This document shows positions 1 through 10,040 of a stretch of DNA of 64,000 bases, one piece after another. Position 1 is the first letter of the stretch. Every line of letters starts with the position of its first letter. The stretch is from the IMG/VR virus record IMGVR_UViG_3300031707_001866, positions 1,240-65,239 of that record; one strand, 5' to 3'. Both the position numbers and the translations under genes were made by a program. Under the pieces are notes generated by a model that saw only the letters and a list, made by a program, of their open reading frames with translations, had not been told where the DNA came from and did no database searches. This stretch comes from a virus. Taxonomy: Duplodnaviria > Caudoviricetes.

Positions 1-1
1 G

Positions 2-202
2 GAATCCAGATTAGTTGAACTGGATAAAATAAAACCGCTGACCGCCGAGGAAAAAACATCAATAGATGTAACTACTCCAGAAAAGTTTGAACTGGCTAAA
101 GTTACCAGGGAGAAGGAATTACTTGAACTGAATGGTTTAAGTATGGGCGGAACAGAACACGGCAATGACAGTAGGGCGAAAGGCGACCCTAATATGGAAT
201 AA
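2..202 (+). CDS. Partial (3' end) probable scaffold/head assembly protein
   Basis: Open frame ESRLVELDKIKPLTAEEK...GDPNME* ending TAA 200-202, directly upstream of the capsid gene; function inferred from position. Confidence 0.5.
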   Translation, partial: ESRLVELDKIKPLTAEEKTSIDVTTPEKFELAKVTREKELLELNGLSMGGTEHGNDSRAKGDPNME

Positions 203-258
203 AACGGACTGGAGACCGTTTTTATACAATCAAATAAAATGGAGGTGAAATTTAAATT

Positions 259-1299
259 ATGAAGACTTTAGATGAGATTCTAAAAGCTTGTGAAGTGAAA
301 ACTTCCGAGGATAGAATCGCCAGACTTAAAACCGTATTCGGTATTGAAGTAACTGCTGAACAGTTGTCAGAATATGATAACAAAGTTCTTGCCGCTATGT
401 TCAATCCGTATGCGATAGCTGAAATGATTGGCGAACCGGTTGTAATGGAGAAAGTTTATTCTAGTTTATACGCTAGGATTCTTCAAACCCAGTCGGTTAA
501 TCCGGGCGATTTGGTAGAAATACCGAACCCGTTTACGGATAAAGTTAATATCTACGCTTTGGTGAACGACACATTGACTTCTAGGTTAATTGCGGCTGGT
601 GGATACAGCACTGTAACCACTTCGCTGTTTGTGACCGAAGATATTTCAATTAAACTGTCAGTTTTGCAGAGTCAGAGATATGATACTATACCAATTTATA
701 GGGCTAAGTTAGGGGAATATTTGGATAGGGCTGATGATTATTACACTATTCAGGCTATTAATACTTCAATAGCCGCTGCTGTAGCTAATATAGGCACTAC
801 CAGAACCATTTCCGGTGATTTTACCTGGAATAACTTCAAAGCCGCTGCGAGAATGATAGACCTGTATAGCACCCCGGTTACTATTATCGGAACTCTGAAA
901 AACCTTTTCAAAATTGCTGAATGGGTGGATAGTAATGGCAAACGTGTTATTACTACTTCAACTATTGAGAGTTTAGTTAAGGCTGGCGGAGCTGTCCCGG
1001 TGATGGGAGCCCAGTATATAGTCGTTAGAGGCCAGGTTACCATCGGTGGAGTTATTAAGACCATCGTTGATGACCAGACTGTTTATATTCTTGGAGAACC
1101 TGCTAAGGTTGGTTGGTTTACTCGTAGACGCTTGGCCGGAACCGGTCAGGAGAGAACTACGGTAGTTAAGAATTGGACTGAAGCTGCTAATCAGGCTAAT
1201 GCCATTTTAACCGACCACAGTTTTGGCGTGGAAGATAGAAGTGTGGACGTGTATGATGCCTTTTGTATGGTAAAAATAAACATACCTGCTGGCTCATAA
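259..1299 (+). CDS. Probable major capsid protein
   Basis: 346 aa, strong GGAGGTG RBS, 3' stable hairpin, lies before head-tail genes; positional call. Confidence 0.65.
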   Translation: MKTLDEILKACEVKTSEDRIARLKTVFGIEVTAEQLSEYDNKVLAAMFNPYAIAEMIGEPVVMEKVYSSLYARILQTQSVNPGDLVEIPNPFTDKVNIYALVNDTLTSRLIAAGGYSTVTTSLFVTEDISIKLSVLQSQRYDTIPIYRAKLGEYLDRADDYYTIQAINTSIAAAVANIGTTRTISGDFTWNNFKAAARMIDLYSTPVTIIGTLKNLFKIAEWVDSNGKRVITTSTIESLVKAGGAVPVMGAQYIVVRGQVTIGGVIKTIVDDQTVYILGEPAKVGWFTRRRLAGTGQERTTVVKNWTEAANQANAILTDHSFGVEDRSVDVYDAFCMVKINIPAGS

Positions 1300-1316
1300 A
1301 CTATAAATTTTAATTG

Positions 1317-1344
1317 GAGACCGAGTATGCAAATATTCGGTCTC
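1317..1344 (+). terminator. GNRA-capped hairpin after capsid gene (stabiliser or U-less terminator)
   Basis: GAGACCGAGTAT-GCAA-ATATTCGGTCTC, 12 bp stem with one G-U. Confidence 0.65.
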
Positions 1345-1374
1345 ATTCTAAAATTTATACGAAGGGAGCAACAA

Positions 1375-2019
1375 ATGCCTACTGGGGTTTACAAAAGAAC
1401 TAAAAAGCATAATAAAGCAATGAGTAAAGCACAGACGGGTAAACACCCTTCAAAAGAGACTCTGAAAAAGTTGAGCAGGGTTAATAAAGGTAAGAATAAC
1501 CCAATGTTTGGTAAACACCTTTCAAAAGAAACTAAGGAGAAACTTAGCAGGTCTCTAAAAGGCAGAAAATTTTCAGAAGAGCACAAAAGAAAAATAAGTA
1601 TTGCCTGTTCAAAATTAAAAGGTGAGAATGCCAACTGGTTCGGTAAGCATCACACTAAAAAATCAAGAGAAAGGATGAGTAAGGCGTGCACAGGAAGAAA
1701 ACTATCAGAAGAGACTAAGAGAAAAATAGGTGCATCGCACAAAGGAAAGCTCTTTTCAGAAAAACGAAGAGAGGCAATGTCTAAGCTTATGAAAAATTAC
1801 TGGACTGCCGAACGCAGAAATAAAATACTGAATTCCCCCTCCACCAAGCACCACATCTATTTAAAAGAAAACTCAGACAAGACAATTAAACTTACTGGTA
1901 GAGAACATTTACAAATACATCACGCCGCCTATAGGTATATTTATATTAAGTATGGCAAACAAGGTGTTGACGAATATATAAAGTGGTTTAAGAGGCAACG
2001 AGGGAAGAAATGCTTATAA
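1375..2019 (+). CDS. NUMOD3-repeat homing endonuclease-like protein
   Basis: Repeated GKH.S.ETK.K.S / NPMFGKH motifs; His-rich degenerate HNH-like C-terminus; ATG 1375 after AGGGAG preferred over 1327. Confidence 0.8.
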   Translation: MPTGVYKRTKKHNKAMSKAQTGKHPSKETLKKLSRVNKGKNNPMFGKHLSKETKEKLSRSLKGRKFSEEHKRKISIACSKLKGENANWFGKHHTKKSRERMSKACTGRKLSEETKRKIGASHKGKLFSEKRREAMSKLMKNYWTAERRNKILNSPSTKHHIYLKENSDKTIKLTGREHLQIHHAAYRYIYIKYGKQGVDEYIKWFKRQRGKKCL

Positions 2020-5000
2020 GAACTTACGAATCAGACATTAATATAGAGAGCATAAAAATAAAAGCTAACTCTTTCTATACTCTATCTACAGAAGATTACG
2101 AAAAGAATAGACAGAAACTCGACTACCTGGTAAACTTGCATAGGGTAGAATTAATTGATAGAAAAGTATGCGTGTTCTTTATAGATAACTACAGCTTCTT
2201 TAGTGGAGGTAGATATTTGTCGTGGCTTTACGCACGAGCATTAATTGCAGCGGGATTTTTTGTTTATACAGTATGCTACGAGAAAAACCCAATATATTTA
2301 AAGAACCTCTCTGACCCAGAAATTCTCAAGTATCTATACATTTCTGATAGTATAAATATTGTGGGCGATTTTGTTTTTAGTTTACCAATGGATTGCGGCA
2401 TATCGGCCACAGTGTATGCTGAAAAACACAAACTACCTTTATACCTGCTAATTTTTGAAACCCCTAATTTTATTAAAGAATACAGAAAACTAATTGAATG
2501 GAGTGACGATAACTGGAGTAAATATAAAGAGTGTTTACAGAAAGCCACAGTCATCTTAGGTATTTCTGAGTTAAGCAAACAGTATGTGGCTAAATGGGTT
2601 GGTTGTAACCCTGACAAAATTAAGGTCATATATCCCCCGCACAATCCTGAATGTAAACTAACGCCGCAAAAGAAACTAGATGAGGTTACTTGGATTGGTC
2701 GTGATGTTCCCTTTAAAGGTAAAGACGATTTATATATTATATTGGAAGGTTTAAGTGAATGGAATAATTTAACATTGAATATTATTGGACAGGCTTCCAA
2801 AGAGTTTATTCAAACCTTAAAACTTAGGTGTAATGTTAAAATAAATGTATACGAGGGCATAACTGACCAAGAGAAATTCAATATTATTTCTAGAAGTAAG
2901 TGTGTTTTAGCCACCTCTAAATTTGAAGGTTTCGGTTTAGTGCCTCTAGAGTCCATAATTAATGGAACTAAAGTAGTGGCTTATGACTTACCTGTGTATA
3001 GAGAATATTACGGGAATGATATTTGCTACGCCAGAAATTTATTTGAGTTTAAGGAACTGTTTAAAAGCGTTTTAGGAAACTACACAGTTAAACAAGTATT
3101 TATTGACAGATACGTCAAAAAGAGTTCATTTAAAACATTCGTATCGGAAGTTAACGCGGTATTTACTGGAAAATTTGAACTACTTAAACCGGTAAATAAA
3201 ACTATTGGTAATTCCGTGACTGTCTGCACTATAGCCGTTAACGAAGAATTATTTATAAAATCTTGGTTACAGCACATTTATCATTGGAAAAATTGTAAAG
3301 AGATTATAATTGTAGAGGGTTCGGTAGAGAAATATCGAAGAGTTAACCCAGATTTAGTCAATAAAGACGGCAGTTCAATAGATAAAACAGTTGAAATAAT
3401 AACTAATTTTCCAGACTCGGATAAAAAAATAAAACTTATCAAGGGCAAATGGTCTGATAAACTTGAAATGAAACAGAAAATTTGGGATAGTGCTACTGGA
3501 GATTATGTATTTTTAATAGACTGCGATGAGTTTTATACCGAGCAAGGGTTTAATGAAATATCCCGTATAATTGAAGAAGGGGAAATAGAAGAGTTAAGAA
3601 TAAACCAAAGAATATTTGGTCAGACGCCGGACTCTATAGTGGTTGGCGGAAGATTTGACAATTTGGCTATGGAAAGATTCTGGAAACGGGAAGGCAACTA
3701 TCCGTTTACTCATTTTTTAGTCAAAACAAAAGAAGGCCGTGCGTTAAAACTTACTGATTCCAATGTGGTGTGCTACCATTACAGTAATATTAAATCAAAG
3801 ATTCTTCAAGAGGCCAAATTAAAATTTTATGAGGTAAGAAATACAGAAGAGTATAAAGGAGCCTTTGAGCACCACTTAATATATAATCGAGAGATTATCA
3901 ACGCTAAGATTGGGGATAAATTATCTGATGGTTCTAGGGTAGAAAAGTATACCGGCGAGCATCCTTTCGTCATAGAACGCTTAATGAAAGTGCAATCCAA
4001 TAAACACAGTGAACTAAAAGTGGCGTTTGTATTCTATGCCTCACATCCGACTATGTATTCCGGCGGTCAGTATGCCGCGTGGAGATACGTGGAATCGTTA
4101 ATTATGCAGGGAGTAGATGTAACTTTTTTTGGGGATTCTCCACCCATATTTGCTAATAAAGAGTTTACTCCCAAGATTAAAAAAATTAACTTGTGGCGCG
4201 GCTCGGAAGACTCTTTACAATATTCAGAGATGATATATAAAGAAATGGTTAAGGCCGACAGTAAGCCGGACTACGATGTCATCATAGGCATACCTAGTTC
4301 TTATACCCACCCGGCTGCTTTATATGGAAATAAATATGGCATACCAGCAATTAGTTTTCTTTTTGAGTGCCCTTATTCGTTGTTAACTTACGGTGGAAAG
4401 ATGTTTGAAGCCTATCTTCAGAGAGGGGATTGGATTAACTACAAAGAAGGTTTAACTAAATGTGACCTTCTCCTGAGTGTTTCCGACACTTCTGGTATGT
4501 GGCATAGAAGATGGATTACTGATTTAAAGAAACCAATAAAGACTCTTTTTCCCCCAATCAATAGCGTAGTAGCAAAGAAAATTAGGAATAAAGACTACGC
4601 TAAGAAGAACCAGATTATGACACTCGGTTTTTGGAGCGGCAAAAAAGAATTTGGAAAATATCTGGGTGAGGTTACAAAAAGATTGAACAAAAAGTTAACC
4701 CCGATAATACTTAGTCAGTATCCCAAAAACCACGAAACAGAGACTGCTCTTGGGCTGCACAGTATAAATAAAGACTTTAAAATACTAAACGGAATATCGG
4801 AAGAAGAAAAGTTTGAATACTTGTCTAAGAGTATGTTTGTTTGGAACCCTTATTTTATTGCTGGCGGGGACTACCAATCAAAAGAGGCCGCTTATATGGG
4901 AACGTTAGGTATAACTTTTAATTCGCCAGTAATGATTGAAACCACCGGGGGTTTTTCCGAGATAGTTCAAGAGGGGGTTTCTTGGGAATACAGAAGACAG

Positions 5001-5192
5001 ACCGAGATAAACCCCGAATTAGACGAGTATCTTATTCAGAAAGTAACCGACAAGATTAATTGGTTGTTGGTTAATCCTGATTATGTGGAGTTTAAAACTA
5101 AAGTTTTTCAGAAATATGTAGAGGAAAATCACACACTAGAAGCAGTCGGTAAAAGATTTGTTTCTTTATTAAATAACTTTTTAGGAAGATAA
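2010..5192 (+). CDS. Multi-domain glycosyltransferase (GT4-like / GT2-like / GT4-like)
   Basis: SKFEGFGLVPLES GT-B motif, central GT-A domain (TVCTIAVNEE, IDCDEFY DxD), second GT-B domain (YSGGQY ... KEAAYMG). Confidence 0.88.
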   Translation: MLIRTYESDINIESIKIKANSFYTLSTEDYEKNRQKLDYLVNLHRVELIDRKVCVFFIDNYSFFSGGRYLSWLYARALIAAGFFVYTVCYEKNPIYLKNLSDPEILKYLYISDSINIVGDFVFSLPMDCGISATVYAEKHKLPLYLLIFETPNFIKEYRKLIEWSDDNWSKYKECLQKATVILGISELSKQYVAKWVGCNPDKIKVIYPPHNPECKLTPQKKLDEVTWIGRDVPFKGKDDLYIILEGLSEWNNLTLNIIGQASKEFIQTLKLRCNVKINVYEGITDQEKFNIISRSKCVLATSKFEGFGLVPLESIINGTKVVAYDLPVYREYYGNDICYARNLFEFKELFKSVLGNYTVKQVFIDRYVKKSSFKTFVSEVNAVFTGKFELLKPVNKTIGNSVTVCTIAVNEELFIKSWLQHIYHWKNCKEIIIVEGSVEKYRRVNPDLVNKDGSSIDKTVEIITNFPDSDKKIKLIKGKWSDKLEMKQKIWDSATGDYVFLIDCDEFYTEQGFNEISRIIEEGEIEELRINQRIFGQTPDSIVVGGRFDNLAMERFWKREGNYPFTHFLVKTKEGRALKLTDSNVVCYHYSNIKSKILQEAKLKFYEVRNTEEYKGAFEHHLIYNREIINAKIGDKLSDGSRVEKYTGEHPFVIERLMKVQSNKHSELKVAFVFYASHPTMYSGGQYAAWRYVESLIMQGVDVTFFGDSPPIFANKEFTPKIKKINLWRGSEDSLQYSEMIYKEMVKADSKPDYDVIIGIPSSYTHPAALYGNKYGIPAISFLFECPYSLLTYGGKMFEAYLQRGDWINYKEGLTKCDLLLSVSDTSGMWHRRWITDLKKPIKTLFPPINSVVAKKIRNKDYAKKNQIMTLGFWSGKKEFGKYLGEVTKRLNKKLTPIILSQYPKNHETETALGLHSINKDFKILNGISEEEKFEYLSKSMFVWNPYFIAGGDYQSKEAAYMGTLGITFNSPVMIETTGGFSEIVQEGVSWEYRRQTEINPELDEYLIQKVTDKINWLLVNPDYVEFKTKVFQKYVEENHTLEAVGKRFVSLLNNFLGR

Positions 5193-5193
5193 T

Positions 5194-6153
5194 ATGGGAC
5201 TTATTGGAAATCATAGTTCACTGGGTCAACCACTAAACTTATCATACAATGATTTGAACAAACTAAGATTTATTAATGCATCAGGCAGCCATTGTTTAAA
5301 CATAGGCTCAGAAGATTGGAACTCGACCTATGTGCGTGACCCCTACGTCATAAAAATAAACTCGTCATATTATATGTTTTATAGTGGCAAAGGTTCTCGT
5401 AGTTACGGAATAGGTTTAGCGATGTCTAAGGACGGGCATACTTTTAGGAAGCACAGTTCTGTGCCAGTCGTTAATTGCGGCGAATGTGGGGAGTGGGATT
5501 CTTTTTATATCCAGTTTGGCTCTGTAATAAAATTTAATAAAAAATTTTTAATGTTTTATGACGGCGGAAGAAAAGAAAACAATAATTGGTTGGAATTGGG
5601 TATAGGAATAGCTGAGAGTGACGATTTAATCAGTTGGAAAAAGTTTAACGGCAATCCTATATTTTCTACTCAGGGAAACCTATCTAAACGGCAACTGCTG
5701 CCTTTTGTAGTAAAAGTTGAGGATAAATTTTTTATGTATACCGAGAGTCATAAAGACGCCGGTTGGAAAATAGACCTTTCGATTAGCAAAACACCATATT
5801 ATTTTGACGAGTTTAATACAGTATGGTCGGGAATAAAATATAAACAATGTGATGTTAATGGTGTAGCCAACCCTAAAGTTTTTGTAATTAATGATGGTTT
5901 ACTTATGGGTTATAACGGGTTTGACACTAAAGTAGCTGGCTTTTTAAGATTGGCCTTTTCGCGCGACGGATTAAACTGGGAATGTATAAATAAAGACTAC
6001 CCAATATTAAAGGGAGTAACTGCTTGGGATGCCTGGAGAAGAGAGAATTGTTTTATTTTGGATGACGCCGGCAGTTTAAAATTATATTATTTTGCTTCTT
6101 CTAATAAAGAGGATGAATATAAATTTAGGATAGGGATGGGGGTTCAAGAATGA
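5194..6153 (+). CDS. Five-bladed beta-propeller glycoside hydrolase-like protein (GH43/32/130-like)
   Basis: Repeats DPYVIK..YYMFYSG..IGLAMSKDG, IGIAESDDLISWKK, LAFSRDGLNWE. Confidence 0.75.
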   Translation: MGLIGNHSSLGQPLNLSYNDLNKLRFINASGSHCLNIGSEDWNSTYVRDPYVIKINSSYYMFYSGKGSRSYGIGLAMSKDGHTFRKHSSVPVVNCGECGEWDSFYIQFGSVIKFNKKFLMFYDGGRKENNNWLELGIGIAESDDLISWKKFNGNPIFSTQGNLSKRQLLPFVVKVEDKFFMYTESHKDAGWKIDLSISKTPYYFDEFNTVWSGIKYKQCDVNGVANPKVFVINDGLLMGYNGFDTKVAGFLRLAFSRDGLNWECINKDYPILKGVTAWDAWRRENCFILDDAGSLKLYYFASSNKEDEYKFRIGMGVQE

Positions 6154-7223
6154 TAATTCCAGTAGCTAGACCAGACATTTCCGGTAACGAGATAAAGTAT
6201 GTTACTGACGCACTAGAACGTGGCGAGTTGACTTACAAAGGTAACTATGTCAAGTTATTTGAACAAAAATTCGCCGAAGAAAATGGCAGTAAGTATTGCT
6301 TGACTACGGCTAACGGGACAGTGTCCTTACATCTTATATTAGCGGCATTGGGAATTAAGCCTGGCGATGAGGTAATAACCCCAACCCTAACTTACGCTGC
6401 GACTAGTTTTGCAATATCTTATTGTGGTGCTACTCCAGTATTTGTGGATAGTAACAGACTTGACTACAACATAAATCCGGAACAAATAGAAGATAAAATT
6501 ACAGATAAAACAAAAGCAATTATGGCAGTTCATTTATACGGACATCCGGCTCAAATGGACAGAATAAAAGAAATAGCGGATAAGCACAACCTACCAATTG
6601 TGGAAGATTGCGCTGAAGCACCCGGCTCAAGTGTAAATGGGGTTAAGGTGGGAAATTTTGGGGTAGCGGGTAGTTTTAGTTGGTTCGGCAATAAAATTTT
6701 AGCGGCTGGGGAAGGCGGAGCAGTAGTTACTAATGACGAAGAACTATACAAAAAAATGAAGCACTTAGCCAACGGAGCCACTGTTTATCCCTATTACCAC
6801 GACCAGATTGGCTTTAATTATAGAATGTCAAATATTTCTGCTGCAATTATTTTCGCACAACTAGAGTCTTTTGACAGATATATAATAATGAGAGAAGAAA
6901 TAGAGTCTTTATATAATAAGTATCTTAAAGGTTGTAAAAACCTCATATTTTATAAGGATTTTTTAGGCATAAAGCCGGTTTGTTGGCTATACACGGTTTT
7001 GGCTGACCGTCGGGATGCTCTAATGAACCATTTAAAGGCTCAGGGAATCGAAACTAGACCATTCTTTTTACCTAACCATAAACTACCACCTTACGATAAA
7101 GATGAGATATTCCCAGTGGCTGAAGACATTGCTAAACGCGGGATAAACCTACCAACCTTTATAGGTTTGACTGAAGAAGAGATTAGATATATAAGTGATT
7201 GCATAAGGGAGTTCTACAGATGA
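6150..7223 (+). CDS. DegT/DnrJ/EryC1/StrS PLP sugar aminotransferase, GDP-perosamine synthase-like
   Basis: ANGTVSLHL, VHLYGHP, EDCAEA, SFSWFGNK (PLP Lys), GEGG, GFNYRMSN. Confidence 0.92.
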   Translation: MIIPVARPDISGNEIKYVTDALERGELTYKGNYVKLFEQKFAEENGSKYCLTTANGTVSLHLILAALGIKPGDEVITPTLTYAATSFAISYCGATPVFVDSNRLDYNINPEQIEDKITDKTKAIMAVHLYGHPAQMDRIKEIADKHNLPIVEDCAEAPGSSVNGVKVGNFGVAGSFSWFGNKILAAGEGGAVVTNDEELYKKMKHLANGATVYPYYHDQIGFNYRMSNISAAIIFAQLESFDRYIIMREEIESLYNKYLKGCKNLIFYKDFLGIKPVCWLYTVLADRRDALMNHLKAQGIETRPFFLPNHKLPPYDKDEIFPVAEDIAKRGINLPTFIGLTEEEIRYISDCIREFYR

Positions 7224-7702
7224 TAAGACGTCTAGATAAAAAAGATGTAGAGATTCTTCACATATTTTTAAACACGCAACTTTCTGATGCGGATAAAGAA
7301 CTATTTCGTCCCCATAGTTTTAAAAAAGAAGACCTTAATCGTATATTAGGGTCAGCCAATATATATGTGGGGTTCTTTGAGGGAGAACAGATGGCTGGGT
7401 ATGGACTTTTGAGGTTCCATAAAAATTTTAAATATCCAATGGTGGGAGTGGCTGTATCTAAAAATCACCGAGGAAAAGGAATAGGTTCTCAAATAATTCA
7501 ATACTTTATTTCAACGTCAAAAGTTGATATTGTAAAATGTAAAGTTTACGCCAACAATTCCGCTTCGTTGGCGTTATTTAAAAAATTAGGATTTCAGTTT
7601 AAAGTGTATGAATGGATAGGAGAACATAGACGCGGAACAATGTATAGCAGTCAGAGTCAAGAGAGTAAAGACAAACTTCGAGATTTAAGGAAGACACTAT
7701 GA
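7220..7702 (+). CDS. GNAT N-acetyltransferase (PseH/RimI-like)
   Basis: AVSKNHRGKGIG acetyl-CoA motif, NSASLALFKKLGF; ATGA overlap with the upstream stop. Confidence 0.85.
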   Translation: MIRRLDKKDVEILHIFLNTQLSDADKELFRPHSFKKEDLNRILGSANIYVGFFEGEQMAGYGLLRFHKNFKYPMVGVAVSKNHRGKGIGSQIIQYFISTSKVDIVKCKVYANNSASLALFKKLGFQFKVYEWIGEHRRGTMYSSQSQESKDKLRDLRKTL

Positions 7703-8676
7703 AAAAGATTTTTATCACGGGGGGCACTGGCTTTTGCGGTTCCCATCTCTTGGATGCTTATTTAGAGCGCGATGATGTTAAATTATTTGCTATTAAACGT
7801 TGGCGCAGTAGAACCGAAAATGTTGAGCATATCAAAGACGGAGTGGAATGGATAGAATGTGATATTACTGACGCTGGTGCTGTAAATAAGGTTATAAAAA
7901 ATATAAAACCAGACATTATTCATCATTTAGCAGCCCAAAGTTTCGTAACTACGTCGTGGTTATATCCAGCTAAAACATTCAATGTCAATATAATGGGGTC
8001 TTTATACTTGTTCGAAGCAGTTATGAACCATTGCCCGGAAGCAATAGTTCAAGTAGCCAGTAGTTCAGAAATTTACGGAGTCCCTAAATTTATACCAATA
8101 ACTGAAGCCGCTATACCAGAACCCTGTTCTCCCTATGCAGTGAGTAAATTAGCAATGGATAGGCTGGCCGCACAGTTTCATAAAAGTTATGGAATGAAAT
8201 CAGTTATTACCAGGGCGTTTAATCACGAAGGAGCCAGACGCGGGGACGTGTTCGTAATATCGTCTTTTGCTAAACAACTGATGGAAATAAAACACGGAAT
8301 ACGCAATCACACAATCGAAGTAGGTAATCTAGACTCGAAAAGGGACTGGACAAACGTTAGAGATATGGTCAAGGCGTATATAGTTGCAGTTGAGAAGTGC
8401 TCGTATGGTGAACCTTACAATATATGTAGTAATAATTCTGTTAGTGTAAAAGAAATGTTGGGCGAGTTAACAAAACTATCTGGATTAAAAGTAAAGATTA
8501 AAATTTCTAAAGAACGCATACGTCCTAGCGATTTATACGTTTTAGAGGGCGATAACAGTAAATTTTGTAAGAAGACCGGATGGAAACCGGAGTCGAGTCT
8601 GACCGAAATTTTGAAAGAAACTTTGGAATATTGGGACGAGAAAATAAAAAAAGAAATAGACAGTGAGAAAAAATAA
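7699..8676 (+). CDS. gmd: GDP-mannose 4,6-dehydratase (extended SDR)
   Basis: ITGGTGFCGSHL, HLAAQSFV, SSSE, SPYAVSK, FNHEG, GNLDSKRDW. Confidence 0.85.
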   Translation: MKKIFITGGTGFCGSHLLDAYLERDDVKLFAIKRWRSRTENVEHIKDGVEWIECDITDAGAVNKVIKNIKPDIIHHLAAQSFVTTSWLYPAKTFNVNIMGSLYLFEAVMNHCPEAIVQVASSSEIYGVPKFIPITEAAIPEPCSPYAVSKLAMDRLAAQFHKSYGMKSVITRAFNHEGARRGDVFVISSFAKQLMEIKHGIRNHTIEVGNLDSKRDWTNVRDMVKAYIVAVEKCSYGEPYNICSNNSVSVKEMLGELTKLSGLKVKIKISKERIRPSDLYVLEGDNSKFCKKTGWKPESSLTEILKETLEYWDEKIKKEIDSEKK

Positions 8677-9120
8677 ATGATAATTAAGTATAGAAAACAC
8701 GGAACTAAACTTCTTGTCACTTGTAAACAATGCGGCAAGAAAAAGTGGCAGAAATACTGGCGAGCCTTTTGTTACAGAAGAGGTAAAAAAGTCATAAAAA
8801 AATTTTGTGATATGCGATGTTGGCTTAAATGGATAAAGGTCAACGCCCCTAAAGGAGAGAATCACCCAACTTGGAAAGGCGGAATTAGACGCAACCACGG
8901 TGGTTATACATTTGTTGGTCAAGAAGGCCATATGAAGGCGCAACACCGTGTAATTATGGAAAAGTATTTAGGGAGAAAGTTACTCAAAAACGAACTAGTT
9001 CATCACAAAAACGGGATAAAGAGCGACAATCACATAAGTAACTTAGAAGTAGTTCTTAATAATGCACATAGAGGAAATGTAAAATGTCCGTATTGCTCTA
9101 AAAAGTTTAAAATTAAGTAA
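8677..9120 (+). CDS. HNH homing endonuclease
   Basis: HPTWKGG, HRVIMEKYLGRKL, VHHKNGIKSDNHISNL. Confidence 0.9.
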   Translation: MIIKYRKHGTKLLVTCKQCGKKKWQKYWRAFCYRRGKKVIKKFCDMRCWLKWIKVNAPKGENHPTWKGGIRRNHGGYTFVGQEGHMKAQHRVIMEKYLGRKLLKNELVHHKNGIKSDNHISNLEVVLNNAHRGNVKCPYCSKKFKIK

Positions 9121-9134
9121 GGAGTTGAAAAACA

Positions 9135-9569
9135 ATGTCGACAACTGTAGAATCACTTAGACAAAGCGTCCGTTATAAGGTGCACGACCTTAATATTTTA
9201 GATTTTGTCTGGTCAAATACCGAAATAGACGCCTATATAGTCGAAGCCGTGAAAAAACTCGCTCAATACAAGTATGTAAACATTAATGGGTATGCTTACA
9301 GTTTAATTACTAATGATACGATTATAAGCCCCACCGTTCTATTGGGCGACCAAGCGTTGATTACGGATATAACAAAGATTTTAGTCCTGGCGCATACGGG
9401 CATAAACTTTAAGACAGAAGACATTTCCTTGTCTGAAGGAGTAAAGCCTCGCGACGACGAAGAGTTTATTGTTTATCTTATTGATATGGCACGTGGGCAG
9501 GCATACGGCCTTATTGGTTACTTTACCGAAGACGACTCCGGGGATATAACAATTGATTTTGGTTCATAA
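9135..9569 (+). CDS. Probable head-tail adaptor
   Basis: Helical 144 aa ORF opening the neck gene block; positional. Confidence 0.5.
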   Translation: MSTTVESLRQSVRYKVHDLNILDFVWSNTEIDAYIVEAVKKLAQYKYVNINGYAYSLITNDTIISPTVLLGDQALITDITKILVLAHTGINFKTEDISLSEGVKPRDDEEFIVYLIDMARGQAYGLIGYFTEDDSGDITIDFGS

Positions 9570-9581
9570 GGGTGAGAATAG

Positions 9582-10040
9582 ATGTTTAACCAAAAAAATT
9601 ACGCAAAGAGGCTAAAATTAATACGCAGCAGTTACGAACGAAATATAACTGTTTATACAGCAACTGAGGCCGAGTGTGCTACTTGCGATTGGGATAGTTT
9701 CCAGAAACGCTCTAAAGACCCAAACTGTCCTACCTGTAAGGGCGCGGGAGTAATTATAACTTTAAGTGCACCAATTTATATTAAGGCAAACATCAGGTGG
9801 GTCAACCCCCAATCCGCTCATTTACCAATCCCAGGAGCAATTGATAAGGGTCGGGTAATTCTTTACTGTGATTACACCCATAAGACCACATTAGAAACTG
9901 CATATAAAATAATAGTTGACGCAGTTCAAGTTCAAGTTTTCAGAGATAAAAATGGTAACTTTGCAATTAAACCGGTTCGTAACGTCAATGGCGTATTAGA
10001 TAGACTAAAAGTAATCGCCGAGGTGAAACAGATTGGCTAA
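9582..10040 (+). CDS. Probable head-tail joining/stopper protein with Zn-finger insert
   Basis: CATC...CPTCKGAG insert in a beta-rich ORF; positional. Confidence 0.5.
   Translation: MFNQKNYAKRLKLIRSSYERNITVYTATEAECATCDWDSFQKRSKDPNCPTCKGAGVIITLSAPIYIKANIRWVNPQSAHLPIPGAIDKGRVILYCDYTHKTTLETAYKIIVDAVQVQVFRDKNGNFAIKPVRNVNGVLDRLKVIAEVKQIG

Noticed and set aside
1300-2019. Group I intron around the NUMOD3 gene
   Set aside because: Capsid gene ends normally; flanks too short for an intron core; the endonuclease gene appears free-standing
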